This document shows, in pieces, positions 40,301-52,800 of a stretch of DNA of 64,000 nucleotides (positions within the stretch are counted from its first letter, which is position 1; the number at the start of each line of letters is the position of its first letter). The stretch is from the human T2T-CHM13v2.0 reference genome, Homo sapiens, in the NCBI RefSeq assembly GCF_009914755.1, contig NC_060946.1. The stretch is one strand, 5' to 3'. The position numbers and the translations under genes were made by a program. The notes beneath the pieces are model-generated. The model made no database searches and was not told the DNA's origin. It saw only the letters and a program-made list of their open reading frames with translations.

Positions 40301-43300
40301 CAAACCTGCTCTATGAAAGGCAATGTTCAACTCTGTGACTTGAATGCAGACATCACAGAGCAGTTTCTGAGAATGCTTCTGTCTAGATTTTATAGGAAGA
40401 TATTCCCGTTTCCAACAAAATCTTCACAGCTATCCAAATATCCACTTGCAGATTCTACAAAAAGAGTGTATCAAAACTGCTCTGTCAAAAGGAAGGTTCT
40501 TCTCTGTTAGGTGAGTGCATACGTCATAAAGGAGTTTCTGAGAATGTTTCTGTCTAGTGGTTATGGGAAGATATATGCTTTTTCACCGTAGGCCTCAGAG
40601 CGCTCCAAATATCCACTTGCACATACTACAAAAAGAGTGTTTCAAAGCTGCTCTCTGAAAGGGAATGTTCAACTCTATGAGTTGAATGCAAACATGACAA
40701 AGACGTTTCTGAGAATGCTTCTGTCTAGATTTGATATGAAGATATTCCCGTTTCCAACGAAATCTTCAAATCTATCCAAATGTCCACTTGCAGATTCAAC
40801 AAAGTGTTTTTCAGAACTGCTCTATCAAAAGAAAGATCCACCTCTGTTTGCTGAGATCACACTTCACAAACAAGTTTATCAGAATGCTTCTGTCTAGTTT
40901 TTATTTGAAGATATATCCTTTCTCACTATAGACCTAAAAGCTGTCCTAAAGTTCACTTCCAGATACTACAGAAAGAGTGTTTCAAAACTGCTGTACGAAA
41001 GGGAATGTTCAACTCTGTGACTTGAATGCACACATCACAAGGATGTTTCTGAGGATGCTGCTGTCTACTTTTTATACGTAATCCCGTTTCCAACGAAATC
41101 CTCCAAGCTATCCAAATATCCACTTGCAGATTCCACAGAAAGACTGTTTCAAAACTGCTCTGTCAATAGAAAGGTTCAACTCTATTAGCTGCGTACATAT
41201 ATCCCAAAGAAGATTCTGAGATTGCTTCTGTCTAGTTTTTATGGGAAGATATTTCCCTTTTCACCGTAGGTGTCAAGGCGCTCCAAATGTCCACTTCCAG
41301 ATACTACAAAAAGAGTGTTTCAAACCTACTCTGTGAAAGGGAATATTCAACTCTGTGACTTAAAGGCAGATATCACAAAGAAGTTTCTGAGAATGCTTCT
41401 GTCGAGATTTTATATGAAGATATTCCCCTTTCCAAAGAAATCCTGAAATCTATCCAAATATCCCCTCGCAGATTCTACAAAAAGAGTGTTTCAAAACTGC
41501 TCTGTAAAAAGAAAGGTTCAACTCTGTTAGTTGAGTACACACATCACAAACAAGTTTCACAGAATGCTTCTTTCTAGCTTGTAGGGGAAGATATTCCCTT
41601 TATCACCATGGGCCTCAAACCGTCCGAAACGTCCACTTCCATATACTACAAAAAGAGTGTTTCAAACCTGCTCTATGAAAGGCAATGTTCAACTCTGTGA
41701 CTTGAATGCAGACATCACAGAGCAGTTTCTGAGAATGCTTCTGTCTAGATTTTATAGGAAGATATTCCCGTTTCCAACGAAATCTTCACAGGTATCCAAA
41801 TATCCACTTGCAGATTCTACAAAAAGAGTGTATCAAAACTGCTCTGTCAAAAGGAAGGTTCTTCTCTGTTAGGTGAGTGCATACGTCATAAAGGAGTTTC
41901 TGAGAATGTTTCTGTCTAGTGGTTATGGGAAGATATTTGCTTTTTCACCGTAGGCCTCAGAGCGCTCCAAATATCCACTTGCACATACTACAAAAAGAGT
42001 GCTTCAAACCTGCTCTCTGAAACGGAATGTTCAACTCTATGAGTTGAATGCAAACATCACAAAGACGTTTCTGAGAATGCTTCTGTCTAGATTTGATATG
42101 AAGATATTCCCGTTTCCAACGAAATCTTCAAATCTATCCAAATGTCCTCTTGCAGATTCAACAAAAAGTGTTTTTCAGAACTGCTCTATCAAAAGAAAGA
42201 TCCACGTGTGTTAGCTGAGTTCACACATCACGAACAAGTTTATGAGAATGCTTCTGTCTAGTTTTTATTTGAAGATATTTCCTTTCTCACCATAGACCTG
42301 AAAGCTGTCCTAATGTTCACTTCCAGATACTACAGAAAGAGTGTTTCAAAACTGCTCTACGAAAGGGAATGTTCAACTCTGTGACTTGAATGCACACATC
42401 ACAAAGAAGCTTCTGAGGATGCTGCTGTCTACTTTTTATACGTAATCCCGTTTCCAACGAAATCCTCCAAGCTATCCAAATATCCACTTGCAGATTCCAC
42501 AGAAAGACTGTTTCAAAACTGCTATGTCAATAGAAAAGTTCAACTCTGTTAGCTGTGTGCATATATCCCAAAGAAAATTCTGAGATTGCTTCTGTCTAGT
42601 TTTTATGGGAAGATATTTCCCTTTTCACCGTAGGCGTCAAGGCGCTCCAAATGTCCACTTCCAGATACTACAAAAAGAGTGTTTCAAACCTACTCTGTGA
42701 AAGGGAATATTCAACTCTGTGACTTGAAGGCAGATATCACAAAGAAGTTTCTGAGAATGCTTCTGTCGAGATTTTATATGAAGATATTCCCGTTTCCAAC
42801 GAAATCCTGAAATCTATCCAAATATCCCCTCGCAGATTCTACAAAAAGAGTGTTTCAAAACTGCTCTGTAAAAAGAAGGGTTCAACTCTGTTAGTTGAGT
42901 ACACACATCACAAACAAGTTTCACAGAATGCTTCTTTCTAGCTTGTAGGGGAAGATATTCCCTTTATCACCATGGGCCTCAAACCGTCCGAAACGTCCAC
43001 TTCCATATACTACAAAAAGAGCGTTTCAAACCTGCTCTATGAAAGGCAATGTTCAACTCTGTGACTTGAATGCAGACATCACAGAGCAGTTTCTGAGAAT
43101 GCTTCTGTCTAGATTTTATAGGAAGATATTCCCGTTTCCAACAAAATCTTCACAGCTATCCAAATATCCACTTGCAGATTCTACAAAAAGAGTGTATCAA
43201 AACTGCTCTGTCAAAAGGAAGGTTCTTCTCTGTTAGGTGAGTGCATACGTCATAAAGGAGTTTCTGAGAATGTTTCTGTCTAGTGGTTATGGGAAGATAT

Positions 43301-46300
43301 TTGCTTTTTCACCGTAGGCCTCAGAGCGCTCCAAATATCCACTTGCACATACTACAAAAAGAGTGTTTCAAAGCTGCTCTCTGAAAGGGAATGTTCAACT
43401 CTATGAGTTGAATGCAAACATGACAAAGACGTTTCTGAGAATGCTTCTGTCTAGATTTGATATGAAGATATTCCCGTTTCCAACGAAATCTTCAAATCTA
43501 TCCAAATGTCCACTTGCAGATTCAACAAAGTGTTTTTCAGAACTGCTCTATCAAAAGAAAGATCCACCTCTGTTAGCTGAGATCACACTTCACAAACAAG
43601 TTTATCAGAATGCTTCTGTCTAGTTTTTATTTGAAGATATATCCTTTCTCACTATAGACCTGAAAGCTGTCCTAAAGTTCACTTCCAGATACTACAGAAA
43701 GAGTGTTTCAACACTGCTGTACGAAAGGTAATGTTCAACTCTGTGACTTGAATGCACACATCACAAGGATGTTTCTGAGGATGCTGCTGTCTACTTTTTA
43801 TACGTAATCCTGTTTCCAACGAAATCCTCCAAGCTATCCAAATATCCACTTGCAGATTCCACAGAAAGACTGTTTCAAAACTGCTCTGTCAATATAAAGG
43901 TTCAACTCTATTAGCTGCGTACATATATCCCAAAGAAGATTCTGAGATTGCTTCTGTCTAGTTTTTATGGGAAGATATTTCCCTTTTCACCGTAGGCGTC
44001 AAGGCGCTCCAAATGTCCACTTCCAGATACTACAAAAAGAGTGTTTCAAACCTACTCTGTGAAAGGGAATATTCAACTCTGTGACTTGATTTCACATATC
44101 ACAAAGAAGTTTCTGAGAATGCTTCTGTCGAGATTTTATATGAAGATATTCCCGTTTCCAACGAAATGCTGAAATCTATCCAAATATCCCCTCGCAGATT
44201 CTACAAAAAGAGTGTTTCAAAACTGCTCTGTAAAAAGAAAGGTTCAACTCTGTTACTTGAGTACACACATCACAAACAAGTTTCAGAGAATGCTTCTTTC
44301 TAGCTTGTAGGGGAAGATATTCCCTTTATCACCATGGGCCTCAAACGGTCCGAAACGTCCACTTCCATATACTACAAAAAGAGCGTTTCAAACCTGCTCT
44401 ATGAAAGGCAATGTTCAACTCTGTGACTTGAATGCAGACATCACAGAGCAGTTTCTGAGAATGCTTCTGTCTAGATTTTATAGGAAGATATTCCTATTTC
44501 CAACGAAATCTTCACAGCTATCCAAATATCCACTTGCAGATTCTACAAAAAGAGTGTATCAAATCTGCTCTGTCAAAAGGAAGGTTCTTCTCTGTTAGGT
44601 GAGTGCCTACATCATAAAGGAGTTTCTGAGAATGTTTCTGTCTAGTGGTTATGGGAAGATATTTTCTTTTTCACCGTAGGCCTCAGAGCGCTCCAAATAT
44701 CCACTTGCACATACTACAAAAAGAGTGCCTCAAAGCTGCTCTCTGAAACGGAATGTTCAACTCTATGAGTTGAATGCAAACATCACAAAGACGTTTCTGA
44801 GAATGCTTCTGTCTAGATTTGATATGAAGATATTCCCGTTTCCAACGAAATCTTCAAATCTATCCAAATGTCCACTTGCAGATTCAACAAAAAGTGTTTT
44901 TCAGAACTGCTCTATCAAAAGAAAGATCCACCTCTGTTAGCTGAGTTCACACATCACAAACAAGTTTATGAGAATGCTTCTGTCTAGTTTTTATTTGAAG
45001 ATATTTCCTTTCTCACCATAGACCTGAAAGCTGTCCTAATGTTCACTCCCAGATACTACAGAAAGAGTGTTTCAAAACTGCTGTACGAAAGGGAATGTTC
45101 AACTCTGTGACTTGAATGCACACATCACAAAGAAGATTCTGAGGATGCTGCTGTCTACTTTTTATACGTAATCCCGTTTCCAACGAAATCCTCCAATCTA
45201 TCCAAATATCCACTTGCAGATTCCACAAAAAGACTGTTTCAAAACTGCTCTGTCAATAGAAAAGTTCAACTCTGTTAGCTGCGTGCATATATCCCAAAGA
45301 AGATTCTGAGATTGCTTCTGTCTAGTTTTTATGGGAAGATATTTCCCTTTTCACCGTAGGCGTCAAGGCGCTCCAAATGTCCACTTCCAGATACTACAAA
45401 AAGAGTGTTTCAAACCTACTCTGTGGAAGGGAATATTCAACTCTGTGACTTGAATGCAGATATCACAAAGAAGATTCTGAGAATGCTTCTGTCGAGATTT
45501 TATATGAAGATATTCCCGTTTCCAACGAAATCCTGAAATCTATCCAAATATCCCCTCGCAGATTCTACAAAAAGAGTGTTTCAACACTGCTCTGTAAAAA
45601 GAAAGGTTCAACTCTGTTAGTTAAGTACACACATCACAAACAAGTTTCACAGAATGCTTCTTTCTACCTTGTAGGTGAAGATATTTCCTTTATCACCATG
45701 GGCCTCAAACCGTCCGAAACGTCCACTTCCATATACTAAAAAAAGAGTGTTTCAAACCTGCTCTATGAAAGGCAATGTTCAACTCTGTGACTTGAATGCA
45801 GACATCACAGAGCAGTTTCTGACAATGCTTCTGTCCAGACTTTATAGGAAGATATTCCCGTTTCCAACGAAATCTTCACAGCTATCCAAATATCCACTTG
45901 CAGATAGTACAACAAGATTGTATCAAAAATGCTCTGTGAAAAGGAAAGTTCTTCTCTGCTAGTTGAGTACATACGTCATAAAGAAGTTTCTGAGAATGTT
46001 CCTGTCTAGTGGTTATGGGAAGATATTTGCTTTTTCCCCGTAGGCCTCAAAGCGCTCCAAATGTCCACTTGCACATACTACAAAAAGAGTGCTTCAAAGC
46101 TGCTCTCTGAAAGGGAATGTTCAACTCTATGAGTTGAATGCTAACATCACAAAGACGTTTCTGAGAATACTTCTGTCTAGATTTGATATGAAGATATTCC
46201 CGTTTCCAACGAAATCTTCAAATCTATCCAAATGTCCACTTGCAGATTCAACAAAGTGTTTTTCAAAACTGCTGTATCAAAAGAAAGATCCACCTCTGTT

Positions 46301-49300
46301 AGCTGAGTTCACACTTCACAAACAAGTTTATCAGAATTCTTCTGTCTATTTTTTATTTGAAGATATAGCCTTTCTCACTATAGACATGAAAGCTCTCCTA
46401 AAGTTCACTTCCAGATACTTCAGAAAGAGTGTTTCAAAACTGCTGTACGAAAGGGAATGTTCAACTCTGTGACTTGAATGCACACATTAAAAGGAAGTTT
46501 CTGAGGATGCTGCTGTCTAATTTTTATACGTAATCCCGTTTCCAACGAAATCCTCCAAGCTATCCAAATATCCACTTGCAGATTCCACAGAAAGACTGTT
46601 TCAAAACTGCTCTGTCAATAGAAAGGTTCAACTCTGTTAGCTGCGTGCATATATCCCAAAGAAGATTCTGAGATTGCTTCTGTCTAGTTTTTATGGGAAG
46701 ATATTTCCCTTTTCACCGTAGGTGTCAATGCGCTCCAAATGTCCACTTCCAGATACTACAAAAAGACTGTTTCAAACCTACTCTGTGAAAGGGAATATTC
46801 AACTCTGTGACTTGAATGCAGATATCACAATGAAGTTTCTGAGAATGCTTCTGTCGAGATTTTATATGAAGATATTTCCGTTTCCAACAAAATCCTGAAA
46901 TCTATCCAAATATCCCCTCGCAGATTCTACAAAAAGAGTGTTTCAAAACTGCTCTGTAAAAAGAAAGGTTCAACTCTGTTAGTTGAGTACACACATCACA
47001 AACAAGTTTCACAGAATGCTTCTTTCTAGCTTGTAGGGCAAGATATTCCCTTTAACACCATGGGCCTCAAACCGTCTGAAACGTCCACTTCCATATACTA
47101 CAAAAAGAGCGTTTCAAACCTGCTCTATGAAAGGCAATGTTCAACTCTGTGACTTGAATGCAGACATCACAGAGCAGTTTCTGAGAATGCTTCTGTCTAG
47201 GTTTTATAGGAAGATATTCCCTTTTCCAACGAAATCTTCCAAGCTATCCAAATATCCACTTGCAGATTCTACAAAAAGAGTGTATCAAAACTGCTCTGTC
47301 AAAAGGAATGTTCTCCTCTGTTAGTTGAGTACATACGTCATAAAGGAGTTTCTGAGAATGTTTCTGTCTAGTGGTTATGGGAAGATATTTGCTTTTTCAC
47401 CTTAGGCCTCAGAGCGCTCCAAATATCCACTTGCACATACTACAAAAAGAGTGCTTCAAAGCTGCTCTCTGAACCGCAATGTTCAATTCTATGAGTTGAA
47501 TGCAAACATCACAAAGACGTTTCTGAGAATGCTTCTGTCTAGATTTGATATGAAGATATTCCCGTTTCCAACGAAATCTTCAAATCTATCCAAATGTCCA
47601 CTTGCAGATTCAACAAAATGAGTTTTTCAGAACTGCTCTATCAAAAGGAAGATCCACCTCTGTTAGCTGAGTTCACACATCACAAACAAGTTTATGAGAA
47701 TGCTTCTGTCTAGTTTTTATTTGAAGATATTTCCTTTCTCACCATAGACCGGAAAGCTGTCCTAATGTTCACTCCCAGATACTACAGAAAGAGTGTTTCA
47801 AAACTGCTGTACGAAAGGGAATGTTCAACTCTGTGACTTGAATGCACACATCACAAAGAAGATTCTGAGGATGCTGCTGTCTACTTTTTATACGTAATCC
47901 CGTTTCCAACGAAATCCTCCAATCTATCCAAATATCCACTTGCAGATTCCACAGAAAGACTGTTTCAAAACTGCTCTGTCAATAGAAAAGTTCAACTCTG
48001 TTAGCTGCGTGCATATATCCCAAAGAAGATTCTGAGATTGCTTCTGTCTAGTTTTTATGGGAAGATATTTCCCTTTTCACCGTAGGTGTCAAGGACCTCC
48101 AAATGTCCACTTCCAGATACTACAAAAAGAGTGTTTCAAACCTACTCTGTGAAAGGGAATATTCAACTCTGTGACTTGAATGCAGATATCACAAAGAAGT
48201 TTCTGAGAATGCTTCTGTCGAGATTTTATATGAAGATATTCCCGTTTCCAACGAAATCCTGAAATCTATCCAAATATCCCCTCGCAGATTCTACAAAAAG
48301 AGTGTTTCAACACTGCTCTGTAAAAAGAAAGGTTCAACTCTGTTAGTTAAGTACACACATCACAAACAAGTTTCACAGAATGCTTCTTTCTAGCTTGTAG
48401 GGGAAGATATTTCCTTTATCACCATGGGCCTCAAACCGTCCGAAACGTCCACTTCCATATACTAAAAAAAGAGTGTTTCAAACCTGCTCTATGAAAGGCA
48501 ATGTTCAACTCTGTGACTTGAATGCAGACATCACAGAGCAGTTTCTGAGAATGCTTCTGTCCAGACTTTATAGGAAGATATTCCCGTTTCCAACGAAATC
48601 TTCACAGCTATCCAAATATCCACTTGCAGATAGTACAACAAGAGTGTATCAAAAATGCTCTGTCAAAAGGAAAGTTCTTCTCTACTAGTTGAGTACATAC
48701 GTCATAAAGAAGTTTCTGAGAATGTTCCTGTCTAGTGGTTATGGGAAGATATTTGCTTTTTCCCCGTAGGCCTCAAAGCGCTCCAAATGTCCACTTGCAC
48801 ATACTACAAAAAGAGTGCTTCAAAGCTGCTCTCTGAAAGGGAATGTTCAACTCTATGAGTTGAATGCTAACATCACAAAGACGTTTCTGAGAATGCTTCT
48901 GTCTAGATTTGATATGAAGATATTCCCGTTTCCAACGAAATCTTCAAATCTATCCAAATGTCCACTTGCAGATTCAACAAAGTGTTTTTCAAAACTGCTG
49001 TATCAAAAGAAAGATCCACCTCTGTTAGCTGAGTTCACACTTCACAAACAAGTTTATCAGAATTCTTCTGTCTATTTTTTATTTGAAGATATAGCCTTTC
49101 TCACTATAGACATGAAAGCTCTCCTAAAGTTCACTTCCAGATACTTCAGAAAGAGTGTTTCAAAACTGCTGTACGAAAGGGAATGTTCAACTCTGTGACT
49201 TGAATGCACACATTACAAGGAAGTTTCTGAGGATGCTGCTGTCTAATTTTTATACGTAATCCCGTTTCCAACGAAATCCTCCAAGCTATCCAAATATCCA

Positions 49301-49870
49301 CTTGCAGATTCCACAGAAAGACTGTTTCAAAACTGCTCTGTCAATAGAAAGGTTCAACTCTGTTAGCTGCGTGCATATATCCCAAAGAAGATTCTGAGAT
49401 TGCTTCTGTCTAGCTTTTATGGGAAGATATTTCCCTTTTCACCGTAGGTGTCAAGGCGCTCCAAATGTCCACTTCCAGATACTACAAAAAGAGTGTTTCA
49501 AACCTACTCTGTGAAAGGGAATATTCAACTCTGTGACTTGAATGCAGATATCACAATGAAGTTTCTGAGAATGCTTCTGTCGAGATTTTATATGAAGATA
49601 TTTCCGTTTCCAACAAAATCCTGAAATCTATCCAAATATCCCCTCGCAGATTCTACAAAAAGAGTGTTTCAAAACTGCTCTGTAAAAAGAAAGGTTCAAC
49701 TCTGTTAGTTGAGTACACACATCACAAACAAGTTTCACAGAATGCTTCTTTCTAGCTTGTAGGGGAAGATATTCCCTTTAACACCATGGGCCGCAAACCG
49801 TCTGAAACGTCCACTTCCATATACTACAAAAAGAGCGTTTCAAACCTGCTCTATGAAAGGCAATGTTCAA
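31347..49870. repeat. Right copy of the large duplication, containing 2 extra HORs (2726 bp, about 35.1-37.8 kb)
   Basis: Same ordered series of private SNPs as 1-15800; offset changes from 31346 to 34072 across about 35-37.9 kb. Confidence 0.93.
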
Positions 49871-52800
49871 CTCTGTGACTTGAATGCAGACATCACAGAG
49901 CAGTTTCTGAGAATGCTTCTGTCTAGGTTTTATAGGAAGATATTCCCTTTTCCAACGAAATCTTCCAAGCTATCCAAATATCCACTTGCAGATTCTACAA
50001 AAAGAGTGTATCAAAACTGCTCTGTCAAAAGGAAGGTTCTCCTCTGTTAGTTGAGTACATACGTCATAAAGGAGTTTCTGAGAATGTTTCTGTCTAGTGG
50101 TTATGGGAAGATATTTGCTTTTTCACCTTAGGCCTCAGAGCGCTCCAAATATCCACTTGCACATACTACAAAAAGAGTGCTTCAAAGCTGCTCTCTGAAC
50201 CGCAATGTTCAATTCTATGAGTTGAATGCAAACATCACAAAGACGTTTCTGAGAATGCTTCTGTCTAGATTTGATATGAAGATATTCCCGTTTCCAACGA
50301 AATCTTCAAATCTATCCAAATGTCCACTTGCAGATTCAACAAAATGAGTTTTTCAGAACTGCTCTATCAAAAGGAAGATCCACCTCTGTTAGCTGAGTTC
50401 ACACATCACAAACAAGTTTATGAGAATGCTTCTGTCTACTTTTTATTTGAAGATATTTCCTTTCTCACCATAGACCTGAAAGCTGTCCTAATGTTCACTC
50501 CCAGATACTACAGAAAGAGTGTTTCAAAACTGCTGTACGAAAGGGAATGTTCAACTCTATGACTTGAATGCACACATCACAAAGAAGATTCTGAGGATGC
50601 TGCTGTCTACTTTTTATACGTAATCCCGTTTCCAACGAAATCCTCCAATCTATCCAAATATCCACTTGCAGATTCCACAGAAAGACTGTTTCAAAACTGC
50701 TCTGTCAATAGAAAAGTTCAACTCTGTTAGCTGCGTGCATATATCCCAAAGAAGATTCTGAGATTGCTTCTGTCTAGTTTTTATGGGAAGATATTTCCCT
50801 TTTCACCGTAGGCGTCAAGGCGCTCCAAATGTCCACTTCCAGATACTACAAAAAGAGTGTTTCAAACCTACTCTGTGGAAGGGAATATTCAACTCTGTGA
50901 CTTGAATGCAGATATCACAAAGAAGTTTCTGAGAATGCTTCTGTCGAGATTTTATATGAAGATATTCCCGTTTCCAACGAAATACTGAAATCTATCCAAA
51001 TATCCCCTCGCAGATTCTACAAAAAGAGTGTTTCAACACTGCTCTGTAAAAAGAAAGGTTCAACTCTGTTAGTTAAGTACACACATCACAAACAAGTTTC
51101 ACAGAATGCTTCTTTCTAACTTGTAGGGGAAGATATTTCCTTTATCACCATGGGCCTCAAACCGTCCGAAACGTCCACTTCCATATACTAAAAAAAGAGT
51201 GTTTCAAACCTGCTCTATGAAAGGCAATGTTCAACTCTGTGACTTGAATGCAGACATCACAGAGCAGTTTCTGAGAATGCTTCTGTCCAGACTTTATAGG
51301 AAGATATTCCCGTTTCCAACGAAATCTTCACAGCTATCCAAATATCCACTTGCAGATAGTACAACAAGAGTGTATCAAAAATGCTCTGTCAAAAGGAAAG
51401 TTCTTCTCTACTAGTTGAGTACATACGTCATAAAGAAGTTTCTGAGAATGTTCCTGTCTAGTGGTTATGGGAAGATATTTGCTTTTTCCCCGTAGGCCTC
51501 AAAGCGCTCCAAATGTCCACTTGCACATACTACAAAAAGAGTGCTTCAAAGCTGCTCTCTGAAAGGGAATGTTCAACTCTATGAGTTGAATGCAAACATG
51601 ACAAAGACGTTTCTGAGAATGCTTCTGTCTAGATTTGATATGAAGATATTCCCGTTTCCAACGAAATCTTCAAATCTATCCAAATGTCCACTTGCAGATT
51701 CAACAAAGTGTTTTTCAAAACTGCTGTATCAAAAGAAAGATCCACCTCTGTTAGCTGAGTTCACACTTCACAAACAAGTTTATCAGAATTCTTCTGTCTA
51801 TTTTTTATTTGAAGATATAGCCTTTCTCACTATAGACATGAAAGCTCTCCTAAAGTTCACTTCCAGATACTTCAGAAAGAGTGTTTCAAAACTGCTGTAC
51901 GAAAGGGAATGTTCAACTCTGTGACTTGAATGCACACATTACAAGGAAGTTTCTGAGGATGCTGCTGTCTAATTTTTATACGTAATCCCGTTTCCAACGA
52001 AATCCTCCAAGCTATCCAAATATCCACTTGCAGATTCCACAGAAAGACTGTTTCAAAACTGCTCTGTCAATAGAAAGGTTCAACTCTGTTAGCTGCGTGC
52101 ATATATCCCAAAGAAGATTCTGAGATTGCTTCTGTCTAGTTTTTATGGGAAGATATTTCCCTTTTCACCGTAGGTGTCAAGGCGCTCCAAATGTCCACTT
52201 CCAGATACTACAAAAAGAGTGTTTCAAACCTACTCTGTGAAAGGGAATATTCAACTCTGTGACTTGAATGCAGATATCACAATGAAGTTTCTGAGAATGC
52301 TTCTGTCGAGATTTTATATGAAGATATTTCCGTTTCCAACAAAATCCTGAAATCTATCCAAATATCCCCTCGCAGATTCTACAAAAAGAGTGTTTCAAAA
52401 CTGCTCTGTAAAAAGAAAGGTTCAACTCTGTTAGTTGAGTACACACATCACAAACAAGTTTCACAGAATGCTTCTTTCTAGCTTGTAGGGGAAGATATTC
52501 CCTTTAACACCATGGGCCTCAAACCGTCTGAAACGTCCACTTCCATATACTACAAAAAGAGCGTTTCAAACCTGCTCTATGAAAGGCAATGTTCAACTCT
52601 GTGACTTGAATGCAGTCATCACAGAGCAGTTTCTGAGAATGCTTCTGTCTAGGTTTTATAGGAAGATATTCCCTTTTCCAACGAAATCTTCCAAGCTATC
52701 CAAATATCCACTTGCAGATTCTACAAAAAGAGTGTATCAAAACTGCTCTGTCAAAAGGAAGGTTCTCCTCTGTTAGTTGAGTACATACGTCATAAAGGAG

